A stretch of DNA of 58,668 bases from an uncultured Candidatus Saccharibacteria bacterium (lineage in GTDB: Bacteria > Patescibacteriota > Minisyncoccia > Minisyncoccales > JAGGXC01). Under the pieces are notes generated by a model. That model did no database searches. It was not told where the DNA came from and saw nothing but the letters and a program-made list of their open reading frames with translations. This document shows positions 34,503 through 42,593 of the stretch, in pieces (within the stretch, counting starts at the first letter, position 1; each line of letters begins with the position of its first letter). Position numbers and translations under genes: made by a program. The DNA is taken from contig CAZSHN010000001.1 in the NCBI GenBank assembly GCA_964607015.1, positions 1 through 58,668 of the forward strand, in the 5' to 3' direction.

Positions 34503-34998
34503 ATAATGTTTCTATTGGTTTAACAAATTCCTTTACGTAAAAGAACCAGCTATCTCTTTGCTCTGCCCAATCATCATGTTTCTCTCTGTTCGGATTTTTC
34601 AGCTCTTCTAAGATTAATTTAGCAACATCTTCAGAACAGTCACATAGCCCAAGAATATTGCTATTACGATCCTGTAATTGCCATTTATACTTTTTCTTGT
34701 GACTCTCGATGAAATGTTGTTCTAAATTGCTAATTGCTTTCTTGATCTTTGCTTCCGTGTCAGTATACCAAAAGATTGTTCCTAGAGATTGTTCTAGTAT
34801 CGTTGCTATTAATCTAGCATCTTTAGCAGAAATACCATCGAGGCTTCCGCTATACCAGTCAACTATCTCTAGCAACTTTTTCTCTGCATCTTGATCTACC
34901 ATTTTATTGCAACCAACTGGAATGCCTGTTTTTATTCTTTTCACTAATCCGCCAATTTTACTTCCTATCTTTGTATGAATTGATCTTTCTTTATACAA
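34501..34998 (-). CDS. Hypothetical protein (island gene 5), no recognisable family
   Basis: The track start (TTG at 35013) lies inside the SD GGAGG. TTG at 34998, 8 nt after GGAGG, is preferred. The product is about 165 aa and looks helical (..LLEIVDWYSGSLDGISAKDARLIATILEQSLGTIFWYTDTEAKIKKAISNLEQHF..). Confidence 0.5.
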   Translation of the reverse strand: MYKERSIHTKIGSKIGGLVKRIKTGIPVGCNKMVDQDAEKKLLEIVDWYSGSLDGISAKDARLIATILEQSLGTIFWYTDTEAKIKKAISNLEQHFIESHKKKYKWQLQDRNSNILGLCDCSEDVAKLILEELKNPNREKHDDWAEQRDSWFFYVKEFVKPIETL

Positions 34999-35006
34999 TT
35001 TTAAAA

Positions 35007-35045
35007 CCTCCAATATCTTTTTAGCCCAAACTATTTATTTGTCAA
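35007..35045 (-). promoter_or_regulatory. Copy A of a duplicated 39-nt promoter/leader module
   Basis: The minus strand reads TTGACAAATAAATAGTTTGGGCTAAAAAGATATTGGAGG: TTGACA, 16 nt, TAAAAA, then GGAGG. It is 34/39 identical to copy B with identical spacing. Confidence 0.6.
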
Positions 35046-35053
35046 ATTAAAAA

Positions 35054-35428
35054 TCAACTTTTTGGAATGTTGTCCCATCCTCCATCTTGATATTTGGGAA
35101 TGCCAACTTCTTTCCATGTCACAAATTTAATACTGCTTTCCCCTCTTTCTTTCTTCCATGCTTCATACTCAGCCCTTACTCCACTTTTCTTCAAAGCATC
35201 CTTTCCTGTTTCTCCAAAGATCCATAGCTCATCACAGCGAAACATCATTTCTATTCCATCTTTTGCAGCTTGATATTTATTCCCATCAACTAAATCTGTC
35301 CATAGCTTATAAGGAGCTACAAGAAAAGGATCAATTGGCAAATGTCCTTTTTTATAAACATATTCCCAGATAAATTCTGAGTATTTCATAGTTTCACCGC
35401 TGTGCGCTGTGTAGATCAATTTTTTCAT
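35054..35428 (-). CDS. Hypothetical protein (island gene 4); faint resemblance to nucleoside 2-deoxyribosyltransferase-like / DUF4406-type flavodoxin-fold proteins
   Basis: 124 aa. MKKLIYTAHSGE... then ..MMFRCDELWIFGETGKDALKKSGVRAEYEAWKK. This recalls the pattern beta1-loop ... aD.vv.lg...S.G...E...A of that fold. The resemblance is weak. Confidence 0.45.
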   Translation of the reverse strand: MKKLIYTAHSGETMKYSEFIWEYVYKKGHLPIDPFLVAPYKLWTDLVDGNKYQAAKDGIEMMFRCDELWIFGETGKDALKKSGVRAEYEAWKKERGESSIKFVTWKEVGIPKYQDGGWDNIPKS

Positions 35429-35436
35429 ATTATTTT

Positions 35437-35445
35437 ATTCTATCA
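35437..35445 (-). promoter_or_regulatory. Extended -10 element (TGATAGAAT) 8 nt upstream of the island gene 4 ATG
   Basis: The minus strand reads GTTTCTGATAGAATAAAATAATATG. There is no SD between the -10 and the ATG. Confidence 0.35.
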
Positions 35446-35493
35446 GAAACTTATTTATTAATCGAGTAAAAATAAAAAAGAGGCTTTTAAACC

Positions 35494-36099
35494 TCAATAT
35501 TCTCTTTGTTTAGATAGTCCTTCAACTCGTGGACGGTATATTTTCCTGTTTAAACAATAAGGACAGATTAATGAAATTGTTCCATCATTGATATATATAT
35601 CTTCTATATCAAACACTGGAAATTCACATTTTGGACACTCAAGAGGAAAAGGTTCTTCTAAAGTATGCGTTCCTCCTTGAAGACATTTTATCTCAACATT
35701 AGGACCAATATCCTTCATGCTTGAAATATGATTTCCATCCGCAAGATAAAAACTATTCTTATTGTTCAACCGTACATTGAGAAATCTCGGATCAAGTTCT
35801 GGAGATCTATCTATTTCTACAGTTTTCCATCCCAAAGACTCATAAATCTTTTCAATTATTTCTATTAAGATTTTCTCATTATCATCAAGAGTATGATATT
35901 GAGAGACTTCCAGGGTGATGGTAAAAAATATATCCATTAAGTGTTCTGGAAATAGATTCTCGAAATCTAGTTTTCTGTCTATTTTTTCAATGATTTCTTC
36001 AATAACTTTTTCCTCTTCCTTTGTAATACTTTCTGAAGATCCACCTAAATATTTTTTCAAAAGTACTAATCTTCCTATCTCTTCTGGTTTTCTGGGCAT
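35494..36099 (-). CDS. Hypothetical protein with a C-terminal zinc ribbon (island gene 3)
   Basis: 201 aa. A good SD (GGAGGTAAATAAATG) precedes it. It has an acidic helical N-terminal half and a C-terminal CPKCEFPV...(21 aa)...CPYCLNR four-Cys motif. Confidence 0.55.
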   Translation of the reverse strand: MPRKPEEIGRLVLLKKYLGGSSESITKEEEKVIEEIIEKIDRKLDFENLFPEHLMDIFFTITLEVSQYHTLDDNEKILIEIIEKIYESLGWKTVEIDRSPELDPRFLNVRLNNKNSFYLADGNHISSMKDIGPNVEIKCLQGGTHTLEEPFPLECPKCEFPVFDIEDIYINDGTISLICPYCLNRKIYRPRVEGLSKQREY

Positions 36100-36106
36100 T
36101 TATTTA

Positions 36107-36145
36107 CCTCCAATATCTTTTTAGCTTAAAACATCTATTTGTCAA
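36107..36145 (-). promoter_or_regulatory. Copy B of the duplicated 39-nt promoter/leader module
   Basis: The minus strand reads TTGACAAATAGATGTTTTAAGCTAAAAAGATATTGGAGG. It lies exactly 1100 nt from copy A, immediately after a terminator hairpin. Confidence 0.6.
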
Positions 36146-36175
36146 ATAAAAAAGTGGAATAATTATAATTCCACT
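36146..36175 (-). terminator. Intrinsic terminator after island gene 2
   Basis: On the minus strand: AGTGGAAT-TATAATT-ATTCCACT followed by TTTTTTATTT. Confidence 0.7.
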
Positions 36176-36196
36176 ATATATTTCTACTTGCTGTCT

Positions 36197-36514
36197 TTAG
36201 CTAATCATTTCTATGGTCAAAAGATCTTCTATGAAGATACTCTTCAATCCGGCTTTAAACCTTACAACAAATGAATCTTCGAACACTTCAACAATAGTTC
36301 CTTTGATTTGTTTAATTCCTATTCTGGTTTGAAGAATTCCTTCTAAATTTTCTTTGTTTTCTTTCACAATTCCCAATATTATTTCTGATCCTTCCTGTTT
36401 CAATCTAAAAAGAAGATTTCTTTTTTGAAAGAAAACATCTTTTTCTTTTGCCAGTAATTCCTGCCTCGTTCTTTCTATTTCATTTCTTACGCTTACAAAC
36501 GAATAACTATGCAT
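36197..36514 (-). CDS. Hypothetical protein (island gene 2)
   Basis: 105 aa with SD AGGAGGTAAAATATG. It has an N-terminal helix (RNEIERTRQELLAKEKD), then a probably small beta-rich C-terminal part (IKGTIVEVFEDSFVVRFKAGLKSIFIEDL). Confidence 0.5.
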   Translation of the reverse strand: MHSYSFVSVRNEIERTRQELLAKEKDVFFQKRNLLFRLKQEGSEIILGIVKENKENLEGILQTRIGIKQIKGTIVEVFEDSFVVRFKAGLKSIFIEDLLTIEMIS

Positions 36515-36547
36515 ATTTTACCTCCTAAGATTAATTAGAAACTGAAC

Positions 36548-36751
36548 TTACTTCCAAGGATGATTGTCTATTACCTTTGTTCTCATGCAGTCATCGCATC
36601 GATTACCGAAAGGACCATCAAGTTCATCATTGTGCTCCTTGCTACAAAGAGGACATATTTTCTTTTCAAGTAATAGAATCTTGGCTTCTTTTTTAATCTT
36701 TCCATCCACAAACTTTTTAATTAACTCTCCAACTGTCATAGTTTTATTCAT
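36548..36751 (-). CDS. Hypothetical small zinc-ribbon protein (island gene 1)
   Basis: 67 aa with SD AGGAG 8 nt before the ATG. It has a CPLC...(17 aa)...CDDC four-Cys motif. Confidence 0.5.
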   Translation of the reverse strand: MNKTMTVGELIKKFVDGKIKKEAKILLLEKKICPLCSKEHNDELDGPFGNRCDDCMRTKVIDNHPWK

Positions 36752-36800
36752 TTTTAAAACTCCTAATTTATTTCTATTCTACAACAATCGTTTTGTCAAC

Positions 36801-36824
36801 AAAAAAACACCTTTCTGCAAGGCG
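36801..36824 (-). terminator. Intrinsic terminator after glmS
   Basis: On the minus strand: CGCCTT-GCAGA-AAGGTG (one G-U pair) followed by TTTTTTT, then TTGACA of the island promoter region. Confidence 0.55.
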
Positions 36825-36852
36825 TTAAACAAAAACGATTCTAATTAAAAAC

Positions 36853-38658
36853 CTATTCAACCGTAACTGATTTAGCTAAATTCCTTGGTTTATCAATGTC
36901 TAAACCAAGCTCTAGTCCAAGATAAGCAGCAAATAAATGAAGTGGAATTATAGAAAGGATGGGAGTTAACATTTCTAAGGTCTTTGGAATATAGATTACA
37001 TCGTCAGCTAAATTTTTAATTTCTTCGTTTCCTTCTGTTGCAATTGCCAAAACTCTGGCATTTCTTGACTTAACCTCCATAATTGCATTCTTCATCTTGT
37101 CATAAACTGAATCAGTAGGAATAATACAAATTACTGGAAACTTCTCATCAATAGTAGCTATTGGACCATGTTTTATCTCTCCCCCCGAAACTCCTTCTGC
37201 GTGAATTTTCCAAGCAATTTCTTTTAGCTTCAAAGCTCCTTCTTGAGCTATTGCCTGATTATATTTTCTTCCCAAATAATAAAAGTTTCTAAACTCAGAA
37301 TATTTCTTGGCTATTTCTTTAATATGGTCTTTTTGATCCAGTATTTTTTTAGAAAGACTAGGAATTTTTTCTAATTCAGACAATATCCTTTTCCCGGTAA
37401 TCAAACTCATCTCTTTCTTTCTTCCAAGGTAAACAGTAAGTAAAGCTAGAATAGAAAGTTGAGAAGCTAATGATTTAGTTGCAGCCACTCCGATTTCTGG
37501 TCCTGATCTCGTATAAACACCAGCGTCTGTTTCTCTGGCAATTGAAGAACCAACAACATTCACCAAGCCAAGAGTTAAGCTTCCTTTTCTCTTTGCTTCT
37601 TTGATTGCTTCAAGAGTGTCGGCTGTTTCTCCTGACTGAGAAATAGCTAAAACTGCTGTTTCTCTATCTAAAATAGGTTTCTTGTATCTAAACTCAGAAG
37701 AACATTCAACTTTTGTAGGAATTTCAGCATATTCTTCAAACATATACTCTCCTACCATTGCTGCAAACTTTGCTGTTCCGCAACCAAGTAAAACCATTCT
37801 CTTAATTTTATCTAGCTCAGAAGAAGTTTGCTCTAATCCTCCTAATCTTGCTAATCCGTTTTCTAAATCAAATCTTCCTCTAATACTTTCCTGAACTGCT
37901 TTAGGTTCCTCAAATATTTCTTTTAACATAAAATGAGAAAAACCTTCCTTGTCAGCTTCTTTAATTTCCCAGTCTATTTTTTCAATTGGTTTTTCTTTTA
38001 AAACCAAACAGTCATCTGAAGATATAACAGCTACTTCATTATCATCTAAATTAATCACTTGCCTGGTATAAGAAACCATTGCAGCAGGATCAGAAGAAAT
38101 AAAATACTCGTTATCAGAAACACCAACTAAAAGAGGTGCTCCTAATTTAGCTAAAACAATCTTATTAGGATCTTTTTTAGAAACAGCTGCGATTCCATAA
38201 GTTCCTTTAACATCTTTTAATGCTCTTCGAACTGCTTCTTCTAAGTTTCCTTCAAACTTATCTTCTATTAAATGACAAAGAACTTCTGTGTCAGTATCAG
38301 AAGTAAACTTGTGATTTTTTTCTAAGAGTTTTTTCTTGAGCTCTTCGTGATTTTCGATTATTCCATTATGAACTAAAAAGATTTCATCGTTACAATCAGA
38401 ATGAGGGTGAGCATTATTCTCTGTTACCTTCCCTGTTGTGGCCCATCTAGTATGCCCTATCCCTATATTACCTTCAAAATCAGAAAGCTTATCCTCCCAT
38501 TCAGAAATCTTTCCTACTCTTTTTAACAAAAAATGGTCTGAGTTGCTCAAAGCAAAAAACCCAAAGCTATCATAGCCCCGGTACTCAAGTCTTTTTAAAC
38601 TAGAAGATAATATCGGCAATGCAGGCCTTCTTCCAATGTAACCAACGATTCCACACAT
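36853..38658 (-). CDS. glmS: Glutamine--fructose-6-phosphate aminotransferase
   Basis: 601 aa. MCGIVGYIG is the N-terminal nucleophile Cys. Two SIS domains are present (ISQSGETADT), and the C-terminus is ..KPRNLAKSVTVE. Confidence 0.95.
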   Translation of the reverse strand: MCGIVGYIGRRPALPILSSSLKRLEYRGYDSFGFFALSNSDHFLLKRVGKISEWEDKLSDFEGNIGIGHTRWATTGKVTENNAHPHSDCNDEIFLVHNGIIENHEELKKKLLEKNHKFTSDTDTEVLCHLIEDKFEGNLEEAVRRALKDVKGTYGIAAVSKKDPNKIVLAKLGAPLLVGVSDNEYFISSDPAAMVSYTRQVINLDDNEVAVISSDDCLVLKEKPIEKIDWEIKEADKEGFSHFMLKEIFEEPKAVQESIRGRFDLENGLARLGGLEQTSSELDKIKRMVLLGCGTAKFAAMVGEYMFEEYAEIPTKVECSSEFRYKKPILDRETAVLAISQSGETADTLEAIKEAKRKGSLTLGLVNVVGSSIARETDAGVYTRSGPEIGVAATKSLASQLSILALLTVYLGRKKEMSLITGKRILSELEKIPSLSKKILDQKDHIKEIAKKYSEFRNFYYLGRKYNQAIAQEGALKLKEIAWKIHAEGVSGGEIKHGPIATIDEKFPVICIIPTDSVYDKMKNAIMEVKSRNARVLAIATEGNEEIKNLADDVIYIPKTLEMLTPILSIIPLHLFAAYLGLELGLDIDKPRNLAKSVTVE

Positions 38659-38660
38659 AA

Positions 38661-41066
38661 TTAAACTACAAAATTAATAAGTTTTCCTGGAACGAAAATA
38701 GTTTTCTTAATTTCTTTATCGTCTATCCAATTCTGTACTTTTTTCCGATCAAATGCAAGTTTTTCAACCTCTTTTTGAGAAATCTCTGAACTAACATCGA
38801 TTTCGTCTCTGACCTTTCCATTGATTTGAATAACGATTGTAACAACATCTTCTTCTACAAGACTAGGATCATACTCCGGCCACTTTTCTTGAAAAATACT
38901 TTCTTTATTTCCAATCCTGCTCCATAATTCTTCTGCAATATGAGGAGCAATTGGAGCAAGCAAAATCAGCATTCTCTCAATTACTTCTTTTCCAACATCG
39001 TCTTTGTTTTCTTGAGCAAAATTAACAAACTCCATAAAGGCAGCAACTGCAGTATTAAACTTTGTTTTTTCAGTATCTTCTTCTACTTTTTTATTCAACT
39101 GATGAACTCTCTTCAAAACTTCTTTACTGCTTTCTTTATTATCTTTACACCTTAAAACTAAACGCCAAACTTTACCTAAAAACTTATAAACTCCATTAAG
39201 ACTTTCTGTGCTCCAAGCTATTGATTGGTCAAAAGGACCCATAAACATTTCATAAACTCTCAGAGAGTCAGCTCCGTATTCTTTAACTATATCGTCAGGA
39301 TTAACAACGTTTCCTAAAGATTTGGACATCTTCCTTCCGTCTTCAGCTAAAACAATTCCATGAAGAGTTCTTTTGTTGTAAGGTTCTTTTGTTGGAGCTT
39401 TTTTGATATCAAAAAGAAATTTATATATGAAACGAGAATATAGAAGATGAAGAGTAATATGTTCTGGGCCTCCATTATACCAGTCAACCGGCAACCAATA
39501 ATCTAACTTCTTTGGATCAGCTAAATCATTATTATTCTCTGGATCACAATATCTCATATAATACCAATTAGAACCAGCCCAATTAGGCATAGTATCAGTT
39601 TCTCTCCTTGCTTCAGCGCCACATTTAGGACATTTAACATTTACCCATTCGTCAATTTTTGCTAATGGGGATTCTCCTGTCTCAGTTGGCTTGTAATTTT
39701 CAACAAACGGAAGTTCAACGGGTAAGTCTTTCTCCGGAACAGGAACAACTCCACACTTCTTACAATGAATAACAGGAATTGGCTCTCCCCAGTAATGTTG
39801 TCTGGAAAAAACCCAATCTCTTAATTTATAGTTTACCTTTTTCTCTCCAAAACCTTTTTCTTTTAACCATTTAGTAATTTTCTCTATCGCTTCTTCAGAG
39901 CTAAGACCATTAAAATCTCCTGAATTAATTAGCTTGCCATAATCAGTATAAGCTTCTTTAGAAATGTCTCCGCCAGAGACAACTTCTTTTATCTCTAATC
40001 CATATTTTTTAGCAAATTCATAATCTCTCTTATCATGAGCAGGAACCACCATTACTGCTCCCCCGCCATAAGTAGCCACTACATAATCTCCTATCCAAAT
40101 AGGAACTTTTTCTCCTGTGGCTGGATTAATACAATAAGACCCAGAAAAAACTCCTGTTTTTTCCTTGTCCATTTTTGTTCTTTCAAATTCTGTCTTCTCT
40201 TTTGATTTATCTATATAATCCTCTACTTCTTTTAATCTATCTTTTGTAATTACTTTTTCGACTAAAGAATGTTCAGGTGCTATTACAACGGCTGTTACAC
40301 CAAAAATAGTGTCAACTCTAGTAGTAAATACTTTGATAGCTTCGTTAGAATCTTCTATTTTAAAATCAATTTCTGTTCCATGGCTTTTCCCTATCCATTC
40401 TATCTGCTGCTTCTTTATTTCTTTCAAATAATCCAAATCGTCTAAATCTTCTATTAATCGATCAGCATAATCAGTAATCTTAAGCATCCATTGTTTTATC
40501 TCTTTCTGTTCTACTTTAGCGCCACACCTTTCACATTCTCCATGAATAACTTCTTCGTGGGCTAAACCAATCTTACAAGAAGGACACCAATTAATAGGAA
40601 CTTTTGCCTGATAAGCTAGCTTTTTTTTAAATAATTGTAAAAAAATCCACTGAGTCCATTTGTAATAATCTGGATCAGTGGTGTTAATTTCTCGAGACCA
40701 ATCAAAAGAAAGCCCTAGGTTTTTAATCTGATTAGTATAATTAGAAATATTCTCCTCAACTATTTTGCTAGGATGAACACCTTTTTTGATAGCATAGTTC
40801 TCAGCAGGAAGACCAAAAGCATCCCAGCCGATAGGAAAAAGAACATTATATCCTTGCATTCTTCTTTTTCTGGCAATTGCATCTAAGGCAGTATATCCTC
40901 TTACATGACCAACATGTAATCCTTGTCCTGAAGGATAAGGAAACTCAACTAAGATATATTGTTTTGCCTTTTCTGAAAAATCTTCTGCCTGATAAAAATT
41001 ATTCTTTTCCCAATAATCTTGCCACTTTTTTTCTATTTTTTGAGGATTATATTCCATGGTTTTCAT
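38661..41066 (-). CDS. leuS: Leucyl-tRNA synthetase
   Basis: 801 aa. It has PYPSGQGLHVGHVRGY (HIGH), KMSKSLGN (KMSKS), the CP1 editing domain and Zn knuckles. Confidence 0.95.
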   Translation of the reverse strand: MKTMEYNPQKIEKKWQDYWEKNNFYQAEDFSEKAKQYILVEFPYPSGQGLHVGHVRGYTALDAIARKRRMQGYNVLFPIGWDAFGLPAENYAIKKGVHPSKIVEENISNYTNQIKNLGLSFDWSREINTTDPDYYKWTQWIFLQLFKKKLAYQAKVPINWCPSCKIGLAHEEVIHGECERCGAKVEQKEIKQWMLKITDYADRLIEDLDDLDYLKEIKKQQIEWIGKSHGTEIDFKIEDSNEAIKVFTTRVDTIFGVTAVVIAPEHSLVEKVITKDRLKEVEDYIDKSKEKTEFERTKMDKEKTGVFSGSYCINPATGEKVPIWIGDYVVATYGGGAVMVVPAHDKRDYEFAKKYGLEIKEVVSGGDISKEAYTDYGKLINSGDFNGLSSEEAIEKITKWLKEKGFGEKKVNYKLRDWVFSRQHYWGEPIPVIHCKKCGVVPVPEKDLPVELPFVENYKPTETGESPLAKIDEWVNVKCPKCGAEARRETDTMPNWAGSNWYYMRYCDPENNNDLADPKKLDYWLPVDWYNGGPEHITLHLLYSRFIYKFLFDIKKAPTKEPYNKRTLHGIVLAEDGRKMSKSLGNVVNPDDIVKEYGADSLRVYEMFMGPFDQSIAWSTESLNGVYKFLGKVWRLVLRCKDNKESSKEVLKRVHQLNKKVEEDTEKTKFNTAVAAFMEFVNFAQENKDDVGKEVIERMLILLAPIAPHIAEELWSRIGNKESIFQEKWPEYDPSLVEEDVVTIVIQINGKVRDEIDVSSEISQKEVEKLAFDRKKVQNWIDDKEIKKTIFVPGKLINFVV

Positions 41067-41121
41067 TCGCTTTTATTGTGCCACGAAAAAAACGATCTTT
41101 CAAGTTTCTAAAAACCAGCTT

Positions 41122-41934
41122 CTAAATATCAAATAACCTTTTTGCGTTCTCTGTAGTAATTTTGGCTATCTCATCAAAGCTTTTCTCTTTAATCTTTGCT
41201 ATTTCACTAATGACGTGCTTAACATACAGAGGATTATTTCTCCCTTTTTCTGTAGGAGGAGTAAGATAGGGACAATCAGTTTCAACCAATATTCTGTCTA
41301 AAGGAGTTTTCTTTATAACTTTTTTCAAATTTAACTTAAAAATTATTCCATTGAATCCAAGATAAAATCCTTTGTCTAGATACTCTTTTGCTTGAGTTAC
41401 ATTTCCAGTAAAACAATGAATCACTCCCCTATTTCCGGAACCAATTAATTCTAAAAGATCTTCATGAGCTAAACGACAATGAACAATCAGTGGTAAATTT
41501 AATTCTTTAGCTAATTTTACTTGATCAAGGAAAGTTTCTTTCTGTCTTTTTTTAAATTCTTCAATCTTTTTATCGGTTTTTGGTTTATGCCAATAATCTA
41601 GACCAACTTCACCAATAGCAACAACTTTATCTGACTTTGCCAGCTCCTTATATTTTTCATAATCAAAGCTCTCCTCTCTTGATTTAAAATTAGCTTCTTC
41701 TTTATCAATCTTTAGTTTTACCAGCCCAGTATCTAAATGAATTGGGTGCAACCCAACAGCTGCAAAAACTCCTTCTTTGTACTTGCCAGCCATTTCAATC
41801 GCTTTTTGTGACGTATTCTGCTGAGTACCAACATTAATCATCCAAATATCATTACTCAAACATTTTCTGATTATTTTATCAGAATCATCGTCAAAAGCGC
41901 TAAAATTTAGATGAGCATGAGTATCAATTATCAT
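41122..41934 (-). CDS. tatD: TatD-family metal-dependent hydrolase/DNase
   Basis: 270 aa. Family blocks seen are IIDTHAHL, AIGEVGLDY, PLIVHCR, GVIHCFTG and LVETDCPYL. Confidence 0.9.
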   Translation of the reverse strand: MIIDTHAHLNFSAFDDDSDKIIRKCLSNDIWMINVGTQQNTSQKAIEMAGKYKEGVFAAVGLHPIHLDTGLVKLKIDKEEANFKSREESFDYEKYKELAKSDKVVAIGEVGLDYWHKPKTDKKIEEFKKRQKETFLDQVKLAKELNLPLIVHCRLAHEDLLELIGSGNRGVIHCFTGNVTQAKEYLDKGFYLGFNGIIFKLNLKKVIKKTPLDRILVETDCPYLTPPTEKGRNNPLYVKHVISEIAKIKEKSFDEIAKITTENAKRLFDI

Positions 41935-41961
41935 ATTTATTTAGTATATAGTTAAAAGAGT

Positions 41962-41985
41962 AGCAGTTCTTTTTTTAGAACTGCT
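41962..41985. terminator. Hairpin between the 42010 orphan gene and tatD
   Basis: AGCAGTTCT-TTTTTT-AGAACTGCT is a 9-bp stem. The T-run is strong on the + side and weaker (CTCTTTT) on the minus side. Confidence 0.45.
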
Positions 41986-42009
41986 TTTTTAAAAAATAGA
42001 GGAGTTTAT

Positions 42010-42492
42010 TTATGCTATTGTCGGCTTTGGTTCTCTGCTGAATATAGGGGGTAGATCTAGAAAAAACTTTTCTCCACTTAAAAGATCTTCTTCTTTGATG
42101 TGATCTACTATCTTTGAGCAAAGCACTTCAGGAACTTTTTCCTTAAGAATTTCGTTCATTCTTTTTTCTATTTTCTTGTTTCGAGCTTCTCCCGGTATTC
42201 TTATTGCTAATCTTATTGTATGAATAGTCTTTCCTCTTAGTTCGATGATCTCTTCTGGATCAAAAATTACTTGATTGCACATCTCTCCAATCGACTTAAG
42301 AATTTTAGAGTCTTCTTCAAACTCTTTTTTCGCCTTTTCATACAACTTAAACCAGTTTTCAAAACTTTCCTCTACTCCCTTACATATTCTTTCGAGTAAC
42401 TCTTCATATCTTGTTTTTATTTCCTCTTTCTTCTCTCCTCTTTTTATTATTTCTTTCTCACCTTTGTCTATATCAATTATTGCGTAACACAT
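42010..42492 (-). CDS. Hypothetical protein, no recognisable family
   Basis: 160 aa with a strong SD (AGGAGGCGGATACACACATG). The product is K/E-rich and looks helical. Confidence 0.5.
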   Translation of the reverse strand: MCYAIIDIDKGEKEIIKRGEKKEEIKTRYEELLERICKGVEESFENWFKLYEKAKKEFEEDSKILKSIGEMCNQVIFDPEEIIELRGKTIHTIRLAIRIPGEARNKKIEKRMNEILKEKVPEVLCSKIVDHIKEEDLLSGEKFFLDLPPIFSREPKPTIA

Positions 42493-42593
42493 GTGTGTAT
42501 CCGCCTCCTATTTTCTTTTCTCCTCTTTATATTATAAAAGGAGCTACTCTTTTTATAACATAATTGAATGTTTTTTTCAATAAAGACAAGAAA

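Noticed and set aside
36794-36799. TTGACA followed by TAGAAT upstream of island gene 1 as a clean -35/-10 pair
   Set aside because: The spacer to TAGAAT is only 12 nt. A TTGACA-17-TAGAAA reading is possible but weak, so it is not listed as a feature. The island's first promoter remains undefined.
38659-38660. A glmS ribozyme upstream of glmS, and T-box leaders upstream of the aaRS genes
   Set aside because: The upstream spacers are far too short: 2 nt before glmS and 4-55 nt before leuS, metG, ileS and hisS. The 82-nt spacer before glyQS is occupied by a terminator.
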